DNA of 62,627 nucleotides from Burkholderiales bacterium. Lineage in GTDB: Bacteria > Pseudomonadota > Gammaproteobacteria > Burkholderiales > SG8-39. The position numbers and the translations under genes were made by a program. Where the stretch lies: the NCBI GenBank assembly GCA_035251315.1, contig DATFEI010000296.1, forward strand, positions 1-62,627. Reading direction: 5' to 3'. The notes under the pieces are model-generated. The model made no database searches. It saw only the letters and a list, made by a program, of their open reading frames with translations, and was not told the DNA's origin. Below are positions 1 through 14,231 of this stretch, one piece after another (position 1 is the first letter of the stretch; every line of letters starts with the position of its first letter).

Positions 1-134
1 AATCCCGCGGCCCGAGCGAGCAACACGGCGAACGCCGCGGCGAAGGCGATGGCAGCGGCCACACTGACCAGTACCGCGACGACGTAGCGCGGCGCCGACT
101 TGAGTGAGCGGCGCTCGAAGCGCGCCGGCCTCAT
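1..134 (-). CDS. Partial CDS (first 44 codons, continues off the left edge): hypothetical membrane protein
   Basis: ATG at 134-132 overlaps the mnmE stop (ATGA). Minus-strand translation is MRPARFERRSLKSAPRYVVAVLVSVAAAIAFAAAFAVLLARAAG, a basic N-terminus followed by one hydrophobic helix. No family recognised; absent from the ORF track because it is truncated. Confidence 0.35.
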   Translation of the reverse strand, partial: MRPARFERRSLKSAPRYVVAVLVSVAAAIAFAAAFAVLLARAAG

Positions 135-1453
135 TTGCCGATGCAAAAGCGGGCGAAGATTTCCCCGAGCAGATCATCGGTGCTGAATTCTCCAGTGATC
201 GAGCCAAGCGCGGCGTGCGCGAGGCGCAGCTCCTCGGCGAAGAACTCCCAGCGGTGGCTCTCGCCCGCTGCCGCGTCGAGGTGGCGACGCGCCGTGTCGA
301 GTGCCCGGAGATGGCGCTCGCGCGCGAGAAACACCGATTCGCCGGTGTCCAACCAGCCCGCTGCCCGCAGGATCACTTGACGCAGCCGCTCGAGGCCCTC
401 GCCGGTCTTGGCCGAGACCGCGACCGCAGCTGCCGGGGTCGCGAAGCCGGGCGTGAGATCGATCTTGTTGTAGACGTCGATGCACGCAGCGCCGGGTGGC
501 AGGTTTGCGAGCGGCGTGGTGTCTCCCCCGGCTTCATAGACCGCCAATACGACATCTGCCTGCTCGAGCTCTCGCTGCGTGCGCTCGACTCCCAGCCGCT
601 CGACCACGTCGGAAGTCACCCGCAGGCCCGCGGTGTCGACCAACACGAGGGGGACGCCGGCGATCTGCACCGGCTCGCGCAACGCATCTCGGGTCGTTCC
701 GGGGATCGGGGTGACAATCGCGCGCTCCTCGCCCGCCAGGCGGTTGAGCAGGCTCGATTTGCCCACGTTGGGGCGCCCGGCGAGCACCACGTGAATGCCG
801 CTGCGCAGCAGGCTTCCCTGCCGACTTTTGGCAATCACGTCTTCCAGCGCGGCGCGCACTGCGCCGAGCCGCTCGGCGGCGTCCTCGCGGTGCAAGGCAT
901 CGACCTCTTCTTCCGGAAAATCGAGCATCGCCTCGGTGAGCGCCCGCAACTCCGTCAGTTGAGACTGGAGCGCAGCGAGCGCCGTGGAAAACTCGCCCGA
1001 GAGCGAGCGCAAAGCCGAGCGCGCCGCTTCGCGGCTCGCGGCGTCGATCAGGTCGGCGACCGCCTCGGCTTGCGCGAGGTCCAGCTTGCCCTCAAGAAAG
1101 GCGCGGCGCGTGAACTCGCCGGGCTCGGCGAGGCGCGCGCCCGCGTCCACACACGCCGCGAGCAAAGCGTGCATCACCACCGGGCCGCCATGACCCTGCA
1201 ACTCGAGCACCGGCTCGCCCGTATAGGAGTGCGGCTCCGGAAAATACAGCGCGATGCCCTCATCGAGCGCCTCGCCGCGCCCGTCCCGAAAAATTGCATG
1301 TGTCGCCTGCCGCGGTTCGGGCACACGGCCAAGAATGCTTCGCGCGATCGCCGGAGCGCGTGGACCTGATAGCCGCACCACCCCGATGCCACCGCGACCT
1401 GCCGGGGTGGCTATCGCCGCGATGGTGTCGCGAGTCACTTCATCGCTTGGCAT
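131..1453 (-). CDS. mnmE: tRNA modification GTPase MnmE (TrmE)
   Basis: 440-aa ORF. N-terminal AIATPAGRGGIGVVRLSG, G-domain motifs GRPNVGKSSLLN / DTAGLR / NKIDL, C-terminal FCIGK. Sits in the classic mnmE-yidC-yidD-rnpA-rpmH order. Confidence 0.95.
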   Translation of the reverse strand: MPSDEVTRDTIAAIATPAGRGGIGVVRLSGPRAPAIARSILGRVPEPRQATHAIFRDGRGEALDEGIALYFPEPHSYTGEPVLELQGHGGPVVMHALLAACVDAGARLAEPGEFTRRAFLEGKLDLAQAEAVADLIDAASREAARSALRSLSGEFSTALAALQSQLTELRALTEAMLDFPEEEVDALHREDAAERLGAVRAALEDVIAKSRQGSLLRSGIHVVLAGRPNVGKSSLLNRLAGEERAIVTPIPGTTRDALREPVQIAGVPLVLVDTAGLRVTSDVVERLGVERTQRELEQADVVLAVYEAGGDTTPLANLPPGAACIDVYNKIDLTPGFATPAAAVAVSAKTGEGLERLRQVILRAAGWLDTGESVFLARERHLRALDTARRHLDAAAGESHRWEFFAEELRLAHAALGSITGEFSTDDLLGEIFARFCIGK

Positions 1454-3080
1454 GGGCAGGCTTGTCGCGGTCGAACATGCGCTGGATCTGCCATTGCTGG
1501 GCGATGGAGAGGATGTTGTTGACCAGCCAGTAGAGCACGAGGCCGGCCGGGAAGAAAAAGAAAAAGATGCTGAAGACGAACGGCATGATCTGCATCACTC
1601 GAGCCTGCACCGGGTCTGGGGGCACGGGATTCATCCGCGTCTGCAGCACCATGGTTGCGGCCATGAGGATGGGCAGGACGTAGTATGGGTCGAGCGCCGA
1701 CAGGTCCTTGATCCACAGCATGAATGGCGCGTGGCGTAGCTCGATTGCCGCAAGCAGGACCCAGTACAGCGCGATGAACACCGGAATCTGCACCAGGATC
1801 GGGAAGCAGCCCCCGAGGGGGTTGATCTTCTCGGTCTTGTAGAGCTCCATCATCGCCTGGTTCATCTTCTGCCGGTCGTGCGCGTACATCTCGCGCAGCT
1901 TCTGCAGCCGCGGCGTGATCAGCTTCATCTTCGCCATCGACTTGTAGCTGGCGGCGGAGAGGGGAAAGAACACGAGCTTGATAAGCACCGTGAGCAGGAT
2001 GATCGCGACACCCCAGTTGCCCGACAGCGCGTAAAACTTCTCCAGAAGCCAGAACAGCGGCCAGGCGATGATCGCAAGCCAGCCGTAATCCACTACTAGG
2101 TCGAGCCCCGGTGCGGCCGCTTGCAGGCGGCGCTGCTCCTGCGGTCCCACATAGAGCGGCACGTTGACCGCCGCGCTTCCGCTCGGCGCCACGCTCACCG
2201 GCACCATCGCCCGGGCAGCGTAAATGCCATCGGGGCGCTTTTCGGCTGCGTAGTCGCGCTGCAAGCCTTGCGGAGGCAGCCACGCGGAGACGAAATAATG
2301 CTGCACGAACGCAAGCCAGCCGCTGGTTGCCTGCTTGACGTAATCGGCCTTGCCCTTGTCGAGGTCCGATAGATGGATCTTCTCGAACTTGCGCTCGTCG
2401 GTGTACACGGCGAAGCCAATGAAGCTCTGCGCGCCGAAAGTCTCGGCGACGGTAGTCGTGTTCGTTTCCGTCTTGCCGTCGTGCGTGAGCTGGAAGTACG
2501 CATAGGCGGCCACCGGCTCGGCACCGGGATTGCGCACGTCCAGCACCACGTCCACGACATAGCTGCTCCGCTTGAAGGTGTAACGCTTGCGCACTTCGAG
2601 CCCGTCCTTCCCAGTGGCGACCAGCTGTACCGCTACCTCGTCGCGGCCTGGGGCGAGCGCGCGCTCTCCCGGCTCGGCGCGCCACAGCGTGCGGTGGTTA
2701 GGTCCGCCTTCGCCGGCGAGGCCGCTTTGCGCTTCGTACTGACGCTCGGAGCCCAGTAGGACGAGGTTCTTCGAAAGGTCCTTGGAGTCCTTGTGGCGCA
2801 TAAGCTCCACACGCTTCAGGGTCCCTCCGAGCGTGTCGATCTCGGCCACGACGAGGTCCGTGCTCACGCGTATCACCTCGCCCTTCGCCGCTTCGGCGCC
2901 GGGGACAGCAGCCGAGGGTTTGGCGGCGGGCGGCGCCGGCTTGGCCGGCGCGGGTACGCCCGGCTGCTCCGTCGGCACGGTGGGTGGCGGCTTCGGGCGC
3001 TTCTCCTTCTCCCATGCTTCCCAAAGCATGAGAAGCGAGAAGCTGAAGATTACGAGGAGAATCAGCCTTTGCGTATCCAT
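1440..3080 (-). CDS. yidC: Membrane protein insertase YidC
   Basis: 546 aa. N-terminal TM (LILLVIFSFSLLMLW), Pro/Ala-rich linker, large periplasmic domain and a C-terminal insertase core (GGCFPILVQIPVFIALYWVL). Overlaps the mnmE start by 14 nt. Confidence 0.95.
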   Translation of the reverse strand: MDTQRLILLVIFSFSLLMLWEAWEKEKRPKPPPTVPTEQPGVPAPAKPAPPAAKPSAAVPGAEAAKGEVIRVSTDLVVAEIDTLGGTLKRVELMRHKDSKDLSKNLVLLGSERQYEAQSGLAGEGGPNHRTLWRAEPGERALAPGRDEVAVQLVATGKDGLEVRKRYTFKRSSYVVDVVLDVRNPGAEPVAAYAYFQLTHDGKTETNTTTVAETFGAQSFIGFAVYTDERKFEKIHLSDLDKGKADYVKQATSGWLAFVQHYFVSAWLPPQGLQRDYAAEKRPDGIYAARAMVPVSVAPSGSAAVNVPLYVGPQEQRRLQAAAPGLDLVVDYGWLAIIAWPLFWLLEKFYALSGNWGVAIILLTVLIKLVFFPLSAASYKSMAKMKLITPRLQKLREMYAHDRQKMNQAMMELYKTEKINPLGGCFPILVQIPVFIALYWVLLAAIELRHAPFMLWIKDLSALDPYYVLPILMAATMVLQTRMNPVPPDPVQARVMQIMPFVFSIFFFFFPAGLVLYWLVNNILSIAQQWQIQRMFDRDKPAHAKR

Positions 3081-3083
3081 GGC

Positions 3084-3296
3084 CTACGGGACGGGATCGT
3101 GACCGCCGGAATGCCAGGGGCCGCAGCGGCATACGCGCCGCGCCGCGAGCCAGCCGCCGCGCCAGAACCCGTGTCGCAGCAACGCTTCCTCTGCGTAGCA
3201 TGAGCAGCTCGGGTAGAAACGGCACGCTGACGGGAGCAAAGGCCGGACGCACCAGCGGTAAGCGACGAGCAGGAAGCACAGCGCGCGCACCGTCAT
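3084..3296 (-). CDS. yidD: Membrane protein insertion efficiency factor YidD
   Basis: 70 aa with the [15 protein letters not shown] signature. Located between rnpA and yidC. Its ATG shares 1 nt with the rnpA stop (TAATG). Confidence 0.9.
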   Translation of the reverse strand: MTVRALCFLLVAYRWCVRPLLPSACRFYPSCSCYAEEALLRHGFWRGGWLAARRVCRCGPWHSGGHDPVP

Positions 3297-3616
3297 TAGA
3301 CGAGCCTGCCAAAAAGCGCGCGCAGGCGGACGACCATCTGCGCGGAAGGCTTTACACCGTAAGGCGGGCGCACCAGCACATCAATAGGGCCGAGCCGCTC
3401 CTGCTCCAAGCGGAAAGCCTCGCGGATGCAACGCTTGATGCGATTACGCACGACGGCGCGCGGCGCGTGCCTGCGCGAGATCAGGAGGCCAAGCCGCGCC
3501 GCTCCGCTGTCGCGTCGCCCCACATACATGGTGTAGCCGTCCAGGTTGCGCCGCGCGCCGTGTCGCAGCAGTCGTTCGAAGTCGGCCTTTTGCCTCAGCC
3601 GGCGTGCGGCATCCAG
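3296..3616 (-). CDS. rnpA: Ribonuclease P protein component RnpA (start uncertain, putative CTG at 3616)
   Basis: The ORF track gives only 77 aa from the ATG at 3529. The same frame stays open up to 3676 and encodes [31 protein letters not shown], a typical RnpA N-terminal region, followed by [10 protein letters not shown]. No ATG/GTG/TTG lies upstream of 3529; the only candidate is CTG at 3616-3614. Confidence 0.8.
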   Translation of the reverse strand: MDAARRLRQKADFERLLRHGARRNLDGYTMYVGRRDSGAARLGLLISRRHAPRAVVRNRIKRCIREAFRLEQERLGPIDVLVRPPYGVKPSAQMVVRLRALFGRLV

Positions 3617-3639
3617 CCCAAAGCGCTTGCCGGCCGCGG

Positions 3640-3780
3640 CTACAGCCCGAGCCGGCGCCGGCCGCGAGCGCGCCGGTTACGCAGCACTTTGCGGCCGCCG
3701 GCAGTGCGGCTGCGCACGAGAAAACCATGGCGCCGCGCGCGCCGAGTCTTGGAAGGTTGGTAAGTCCGCTTCGTCGCCAT
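3640..3780 (-). CDS. rpmH: 50S ribosomal protein L34 (below the ORF-track size cutoff)
   Basis: Hand translation of the minus strand from the ATG at 3780 gives [46 protein letters not shown] (46 aa, TAG stop at 3642-3640). This is unmistakably L34. It lies directly upstream of rnpA and divergent from dnaA. Confidence 0.9.
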   Translation of the reverse strand: MATKRTYQPSKTRRARRHGFLVRSRTAGGRKVLRNRRARGRRRLGL

Positions 3781-3809
3781 CTGCCGGTCCGAAAAAGGGC
3801 GGTATTAGA

Positions 3810-3825
3810 GCGCGCGCGCGCGCGC
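3810..3825. repeat. (GC)8 alternating purine-pyrimidine tract in the rpmH-dnaA divergent promoter region
   Basis: Read directly: gcgcgcgcgcgcgcgc at 3810-3825. Confidence 0.9.
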
Positions 3826-3839
3826 ATTGTCAATTCGTC

Positions 3840-3848
3840 TGTGGATAT
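3840..3848 (-). promoter_or_regulatory. DnaA-box-like site upstream of dnaA
   Basis: tgtggatat reverse-complements to ATATCCACA, an 8/9 match to TTATCCACA. It lies about 50 nt upstream of the dnaA ATG. A TAAAAT -10-like hexamer sits near 3865-3870. Confidence 0.45.
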
Positions 3849-3898
3849 GGCATGCCTAAGCAGGTAAAATTCCGATTCGCTTTCGGCCCAACGAAAAG

Positions 3899-5221
3899 AT
3901 GCATAACCTCTGGGATGCCTGCCTGCGGCGCCTCGAGCAGGAGCTCCCCGCGCAACAGTTCAATACGTGGATCCGGCCCCTTGCGCCGGAAGCGGCCGAG
4001 GCGGCCGACACGTTGGTCCTGGCGGCACCGAATCGATTCGTGCTGGAGCTGGTGCGCGAGCGCTTCGCCGCCCGCATCGAGCGTCTGGCATCCGAGGCGA
4101 GCGGGCGCGACCTTGGCCTGCGCCTCGTTCTGGCGCGCATGGCGGAGCCTGTGGCGCCGCAACCCGTCCCGCGTGCCGCCGAGACGCCGTCGATTCTTGA
4201 GCGCGCCAGGCTCAATCCGGCGTTCTCATTCGACAGCTTCGTCACCGGGAAGGCGAACCAGCTTGCGCGCGCGGCCGCGCTCCAGGTCGCCGAAAATCCC
4301 GGGGTTTCCTATAACCCGCTTTTCGTCTACGGCGGCGTGGGACTCGGCAAGACGCACCTGGTGCAGGCGATCGGCAACCAGCTCGCCGACCGGCGGCCGC
4401 AGGCGCGGATCCGCTACATCCATGCCGAGCAGTACGTCACCGACGTGGTGCGGGCTTACCAGCAGAAGTCGTTCGACGAGTTCAAACGCTATTACCACTC
4501 GCTCGACCTTCTGCTGATCGACGACATCCAGTTCTTCTCCAACAAGGGCCGGACGCAGGAAGAGTTCTTTTACGCCTTCAACGCGCTGGTGGAGGCACAC
4601 AAGCAGATCGTCATTACCTGCGATACCTACCCCAAGGAGATCGCCGGCATGGAGGAGCGGCTGATCTCGCGCTTCGGCTGGGGCCTTACCGTAGCGATCG
4701 AGCCGCCGGAGCTCGAGATGCGCGTTGCCATCGTGCTGAAGAAGGCTGAGGCCGAGTCGGTCGCGCTGTCCGAGGACATCGCTTTCTTCATCGCCAAGCA
4801 CCTGCGCTCCAACGTGCGCGAGCTCGAGGGCGCGCTGAAGAAAGTGCTCGCGTTCGCGCGCTTTTCCGGGCGCGAGCTTTCGCTCGAGCTGGCGAAGGAA
4901 GCCCTGCAGGACATCCTGAATGTCGCGAGCCGCCAGGTCAGCGTCGAAGGCATCCAGAAGACCGTCGCGGAGTATTTCAAGCTCAAGATTTCCGACATGC
5001 ACTCCAAGAAGCGCAGCCGCAACGTGGCGCGCCCGCGCCAGGTCGCCATGGCGCTCGCGAAGGACCTGACGCAGATGAGCCTGCCGGAAATCGGAGAGGC
5101 GTTCGGCAACCGCGACCATACCACCGTGCTGCACGCCTGCCGCACTATCGCCAGCCTGCGCAAGCACGACACCGCGCTCAATCGCGACTATGTGGTACTC
5201 GAACAGGTCCTGAAAGGCTAA
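3899..5221 (+). CDS. dnaA: Chromosomal replication initiator protein DnaA
   Basis: 440 aa. N-terminus [28 protein letters not shown], Walker [11 protein letters not shown], Walker [11 protein letters not shown]-terminal DNA-binding helix region [12 protein letters not shown]. Confidence 0.97.
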   Translation: MHNLWDACLRRLEQELPAQQFNTWIRPLAPEAAEAADTLVLAAPNRFVLELVRERFAARIERLASEASGRDLGLRLVLARMAEPVAPQPVPRAAETPSILERARLNPAFSFDSFVTGKANQLARAAALQVAENPGVSYNPLFVYGGVGLGKTHLVQAIGNQLADRRPQARIRYIHAEQYVTDVVRAYQQKSFDEFKRYYHSLDLLLIDDIQFFSNKGRTQEEFFYAFNALVEAHKQIVITCDTYPKEIAGMEERLISRFGWGLTVAIEPPELEMRVAIVLKKAEAESVALSEDIAFFIAKHLRSNVRELEGALKKVLAFARFSGRELSLELAKEALQDILNVASRQVSVEGIQKTVAEYFKLKISDMHSKKRSRNVARPRQVAMALAKDLTQMSLPEIGEAFGNRDHTTVLHACRTIASLRKHDTALNRDYVVLEQVLKG

Positions 5222-5412
5222 GGAAAAGTTGGGGGTGGATTGTGAGTAACCAACGCGATCGTCGCTTGGGCGCGAACGATCCACACTGGCGCGCGCCCCG
5301 TCCACAGCTTTTACAGCGCTCGAGCGGACCCATAAGACGCGTTTCGGCAAGGACTTGCATACTTATCCCGCGATCGCCCTGGCTCTATTAGCTACTACTA
5401 AGGTAAATAACA

Positions 5413-6519
5413 ATGAATCTTGCAAAAGCAAAGCGCGACGAGGTTATTGGACCGCTTTCGGCCGTATGCGGGATTATCGAGCGGCGCCATACGCTGCCGA
5501 TTCTTTCCAATGTCCTGATCGAACGCAGCGGCGACGCGCTTGCATTTCTTGCTACTGATATCGAGATCCAGATCGTGGCGCGGAGCGGTATCGGCGCGCC
5601 GCCCGAGGCGCGTGCGGTAACCGTGGGAGCGCGCAAGCTGCTCGACATCCTGCGTGCCCTCCCCGAGAACACCGAGGTGGCGCTTACGCACCAGGATAAA
5701 CGGCTCTTGGTGAAAGCCGGCAAGAGCCGCTTCAGCCTGCAAACTCTCCCGGCCGAGGACTTTCCGCGGCTTGCTAAGCCCGCTGGCGAGTCGGCCAAGT
5801 TCGAACTCGAACAGCGCTCGCTGCACCGGATACTCTCGCTCGTGCAATACGCCATGGCGCAGCAGGATATCCGTTACTACCTGAACGGCTTGCTGCTGGT
5901 CGTGGAGGACGGAAGCCTAAGGTTGGTCGCGACCGACGGGCACCGTCTCGCCTACGCGGCGCTCAAGCTCGGCGATCAGCTGCCGCGCCAGGAAGTAATC
6001 GTACCGCGAAAGACGGTGCTCGAGCTAGGCAAGCTGCTCGCCGATAGCGATGCGCCGGTGAAGATCGAGATCGCGGCGACACAAGCCTCGTTCAGCTTCG
6101 GCGCGATCGAACTCGTTTCCAAGCTGATCGACGGCAAGTTCCCGGACTACACTCGCGTGATCCCGGTAGGTCACAAGAACCGGCTGCAGACGGCGCGTGA
6201 GCCGCTACGCCAAGCGCTACAGCGCGCAGCCATCCTGTCCAACGAAAAGTTCCGCGGCGTGCGCTGGGTTCTGGGCGACGGCTCACTGAAGATCGTCTCG
6301 TCCAACGCGGAGCAGGAAGAGGCGCATGAGGAGCTCGACGTGAAGTACTCCGGCGACGCGCTCGACATCGGATTCAATGTCAACTACCTCCTGGACGTGT
6401 TGAACAACGTTTCGGGTGACGACATCGAGTGCGCTTTCGGCGACGCGGCATCCAGCGCGCTGATCACGTACGGCTCGGAAAAGGACTTCAAGTACGTTGT
6501 CATGCCGATGAGGATCTGA
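5413..6519 (+). CDS. dnaN: DNA polymerase III beta sliding clamp
   Basis: 368 aa. Starts MNLAKAKRDEVIGPLSAVCGIIERRHTLPILSNVLI and ends YVVMPMRI. dnaA-dnaN-gyrB order. Confidence 0.97.
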   Translation: MNLAKAKRDEVIGPLSAVCGIIERRHTLPILSNVLIERSGDALAFLATDIEIQIVARSGIGAPPEARAVTVGARKLLDILRALPENTEVALTHQDKRLLVKAGKSRFSLQTLPAEDFPRLAKPAGESAKFELEQRSLHRILSLVQYAMAQQDIRYYLNGLLLVVEDGSLRLVATDGHRLAYAALKLGDQLPRQEVIVPRKTVLELGKLLADSDAPVKIEIAATQASFSFGAIELVSKLIDGKFPDYTRVIPVGHKNRLQTAREPLRQALQRAAILSNEKFRGVRWVLGDGSLKIVSSNAEQEEAHEELDVKYSGDALDIGFNVNYLLDVLNNVSGDDIECAFGDAASSALITYGSEKDFKYVVMPMRI

Positions 6520-11398
<4,879 letters not shown>

Positions 11399-11486
11399 GC
11401 GGCGTGAAAGGCCGCAGATGATAAGTGCAAACGCGCGCGCGCTTCAACCACCCTGCGCGCGTGTGAAAGAATGCCGCGAGGAGCTG

Positions 11487-11945
11487 CTAGCTCGCGAGGC
11501 GCGCGTGGGACGCGGAAAAAAGATCCTCCGCGACCAGCCGGCTGGTCGGTGTCTTCTGGTTCCACAGCACCATCAGCACGACCAGCTTCAGCTGCTCGAG
11601 GTTGAGCTTCTCGCCCGACGCAGCCAGCGCGCGCTCGATCACGAGCTCGCGCGTTTCCGGGCTAAGGATGCCCGAGTGCTCGAGCGTGAGCAGGAAGCCG
11701 CGGCACTCGGCGTCCAGCTTCGCCAGCTCGCGCGGCGCGTAGGCGCGAAAGCTCGAGCGTGCGTCGGGTAAGGGCTCGCGCACGCTGCGCGGCGTGCGCG
11801 TCATCCCCGCGAGCCAGTGCAGGGCTTCGCTGATATCCGAATCCTCGAATCCGGCCGCCGAGAGCTTCTTCGCCACACGTTCTCGATCGTAGGCGAGCTC
11901 CGCTTGCTGGCAATTCTCGAACAGGAAAACGAGGACGTCGTACAT
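11487..11945 (-). CDS. smg: Smg protein (DUF494)
   Basis: 152 aa. MYDVLVFLFENCQQAELAYDRERVAKKLSAAGFEDSDISEALHWL closely resembles E. coli Smg. Lies downstream of dprA. Confidence 0.85.
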   Translation of the reverse strand: MYDVLVFLFENCQQAELAYDRERVAKKLSAAGFEDSDISEALHWLAGMTRTPRSVREPLPDARSSFRAYAPRELAKLDAECRGFLLTLEHSGILSPETRELVIERALAASGEKLNLEQLKLVVLMVLWNQKTPTSRLVAEDLFSASHARLAS

Positions 11946-11996
11946 GGTTGTTCCTTCTTTCTTATAACGCGACGATGAGGATTGCGTTTACCGGCG

Positions 11997-13088
11997 CTAA
12001 CCCTTCTCGAGCCGCTGGAAAAGCCCGCCGGGTAGCGCGGCGATGCGTCCATCGAGCTCCAGGCGCAAAAGTTCCGACGAAACCTGCTCGGCCGACAGCC
12101 CGGCCCGCGAGCACAGCGAATCTACGTCCACTGGGTCGTGTCCCATGTGCGCGAGGAGCCCTGAATCTTGCGGGGACGCGGTGTTCCAGGCAGTGGTCGC
12201 TGAGGCGCTCTGCCGGAATCCCGATAGCTCGATCAGAACGTCTTCGGCTGATTCGACCAGCTTCGCGCCAGACTTGATGAGCGCGTGGCAGCCCTTAGAG
12301 AGCGGGGAGTGGATCGAGCCCGGGATGGCGAACACCTCGCGACCCTGCTCGGCGGCCGCGCGCGCGGTAATCAGCGAGCCAGACGCGAGTGCGGCTTCGA
12401 CCACAAGGCAACCCCGGGCAAGCCCGCTGATCAGTCGGTTTCGGCGCGGAAAGTTCTGCGCCGCTGGCGGGGTGCCGAGCGGAAACTCCGTGATCAGCAA
12501 GCCGCGCTCGGCGATGTGCGCGGCGAGTGCGGCGTTGCGGCTCGGATAGGTCACGTCCACTCCGGTGCCGAGGACGGCAATGGTGGACGAGGCGCCCGCA
12601 AGTCCGCCGCGATGCGCTGCGGCGTCGATGCCGAGCGCCAGCCCGGAAATGATCGTGAGACCGGCGTCGCTCAATGCCCTCGCAAATGACTCGGCGTTTG
12701 CTTCGCCCTGCTGTGTGGAATTGCGGCTGCCGACAATGGCGAGCGCCGGCCCGGCGAGCAGCTCGGTTCGGCCGTGCGCATAGAGCAAAGGAGGCGGGTC
12801 GGGAATCTCGAGCAGTAACCGGGGATACGCTTCGTCGGCGAGTGTCACTATCGAGCGGCCTGGCAGCGCTGCCCAGGCAAGAGAGCGAGCCACCGCATCG
12901 ACGACGGCGTCGGAGTCCAGCGCGGCCAAGACGGCCGGTGGGGTGAACGAAGTGAGCTCGGCGCGGTTCTTTGCAAGGGCGACTTGCGGCAGCCCGAATT
13001 GCCGAAGAATGCGCTGGAACGTTGCCGGGCCGAGACCCGGGGTTAGCGCCAGCTGTAGCCAGCTCGCAAGCCCCGGGTCGGGATTCAC
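11997..13088 (-). CDS. dprA: DNA-processing protein DprA (Smf)
   Basis: 363 aa. Rossmann-like DprA core (GLALGIDAAAHRGGL, FPRRNRLISGL, SGSLITA) and a C-terminal winged-helix region. Confidence 0.9.
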   Translation of the reverse strand: MNPDPGLASWLQLALTPGLGPATFQRILRQFGLPQVALAKNRAELTSFTPPAVLAALDSDAVVDAVARSLAWAALPGRSIVTLADEAYPRLLLEIPDPPPLLYAHGRTELLAGPALAIVGSRNSTQQGEANAESFARALSDAGLTIISGLALGIDAAAHRGGLAGASSTIAVLGTGVDVTYPSRNAALAAHIAERGLLITEFPLGTPPAAQNFPRRNRLISGLARGCLVVEAALASGSLITARAAAEQGREVFAIPGSIHSPLSKGCHALIKSGAKLVESAEDVLIELSGFRQSASATTAWNTASPQDSGLLAHMGHDPVDVDSLCSRAGLSAEQVSSELLRLELDGRIAALPGGLFQRLEKG

Positions 13089-13094
13089 TTCTTG

Positions 13095-14231
13095 TTACGG
13101 TGTCTGCACCACATCGAGTGGGCTGACAGGTCTCGTGACTTGCATGATGAGCGCGTAGGATATCCGGTCGAAGACGCGGAACACAAACGCGAGTCCGGCG
13201 CGCTCGTCAGGCAGCTGGATGCGCGCGTCAGGAGCGTTTCTCAGCTTGCTCCGGTCGCGCACCGTCCCACCGCGGTTGTACAGCGCGAGTACGTGACCCA
13301 CTTCGACGCCGTCGGCCTTGCCGCGGTTGATGCTGATGATCGACTGAGGGCCGGCTTCGCCGACGTGCGCCACGCCGCCATAAATGCCTATTACACGCCC
13401 CTTGATCTGCGTACCCGGCGCGTGCGGCGCATAGTTCACCGGTTGCGGCCGCCCGGCCGCAACTAACTTGTCGCCGGCTCCTACTTCTTGAACCGCACTG
13501 GTCAGGACAACAGTCGCCGGCTCGCCGGGCCGTGTGAGCTGCGCAGTGCCGAGATATATCGCCTCGTACCCGAGAGTCTTGTTGGTATCCGGATCCACCA
13601 ACGCAGTTCCCTTACGGTAGACATACCAGGTCTCGTCCTTGGACGCGCCGATCCCGCGCACGTAAGCGGAGTTGCCTGCCGCAAGCACTACGCGGTCCTG
13701 TTGTGTCGCGATGATTGTCGGAGCTTTCTCGAGTCCGTCAGGCTCGATGACCAAGGGCCGTGACAGGAAAGGCTCGATCACCGACGGCGGAATGCTCGGA
13801 ATTTCCTGCTTCGCGAGCGATTCGGCGCGCAGGCGCGGGCTGAGCTTGACTGTGCCGGGAGCCGTCGTCGGTGCAGCGCCGGGTGCTCCCGGCTCACCGG
13901 CTGCTCCGGGCTTCGTCTCCGTACCGGGAGGCGCGATCGTCAGCCGCGCGCGATCGCGGTCGAGCAGGATTACGTAGCCGGGATAGATGAGGTGCGGGTT
14001 CCGGATCTGCTCCCGGTTCATGTTCCAGAGTTCCGGCCAACGCCAAGGAGAGTCGGTGTAGCGCTCGGAGATACCCCAAAGGGTGTCGCCCGGGACAACG
14101 ACATAGCGATCGGGAGCGTCTGGCCTGATCGTGAGCGGCGCCGAGGCGGGCGCGCCGGGTGCCTGCGCTGCAACGTTTGCGGAGATCAAGAAAGCGAGCG
14201 CTATGATAGACTTACAGGCTTTCTGGACCAT
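13095..14231 (-). CDS. LysM peptidoglycan-binding domain protein (secreted)
   Basis: The ORF-track start at 14345 was trimmed to the internal ATG at 14231, which gives a signal peptide MVQKACKSIIALAFLISANVAAQA. LysM motif YVVVPGDTLWGISERYT. Conserved position between dprA and def. Confidence 0.75.
   Translation of the reverse strand: MVQKACKSIIALAFLISANVAAQAPGAPASAPLTIRPDAPDRYVVVPGDTLWGISERYTDSPWRWPELWNMNREQIRNPHLIYPGYVILLDRDRARLTIAPPGTETKPGAAGEPGAPGAAPTTAPGTVKLSPRLRAESLAKQEIPSIPPSVIEPFLSRPLVIEPDGLEKAPTIIATQQDRVVLAAGNSAYVRGIGASKDETWYVYRKGTALVDPDTNKTLGYEAIYLGTAQLTRPGEPATVVLTSAVQEVGAGDKLVAAGRPQPVNYAPHAPGTQIKGRVIGIYGGVAHVGEAGPQSIISINRGKADGVEVGHVLALYNRGGTVRDRSKLRNAPDARIQLPDERAGLAFVFRVFDRISYALIMQVTRPVSPLDVVQTP

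Noticed and set aside
104-1369. 421-aa plus-strand ORF antisense to mnmE. Similar long antisense or out-of-frame ORFs occur throughout, e.g. 1435-2685(-), 4226-5350(-), 15237-15992(-), 16035-17069(-).
   Set aside because: The sense-strand genes have unmistakable family motifs. The shadow ORFs are Arg/Ala/Gly/Pro-rich low-complexity translations, typical of stop-codon-poor high-GC DNA, with no recognisable domains.
3781-3898. Calling the rpmH-dnaA spacer the replication origin.
   Set aside because: It is only 118 bp, with one good DnaA box and no AT-rich unwinding element. That is insufficient for an oriC call from this window alone.
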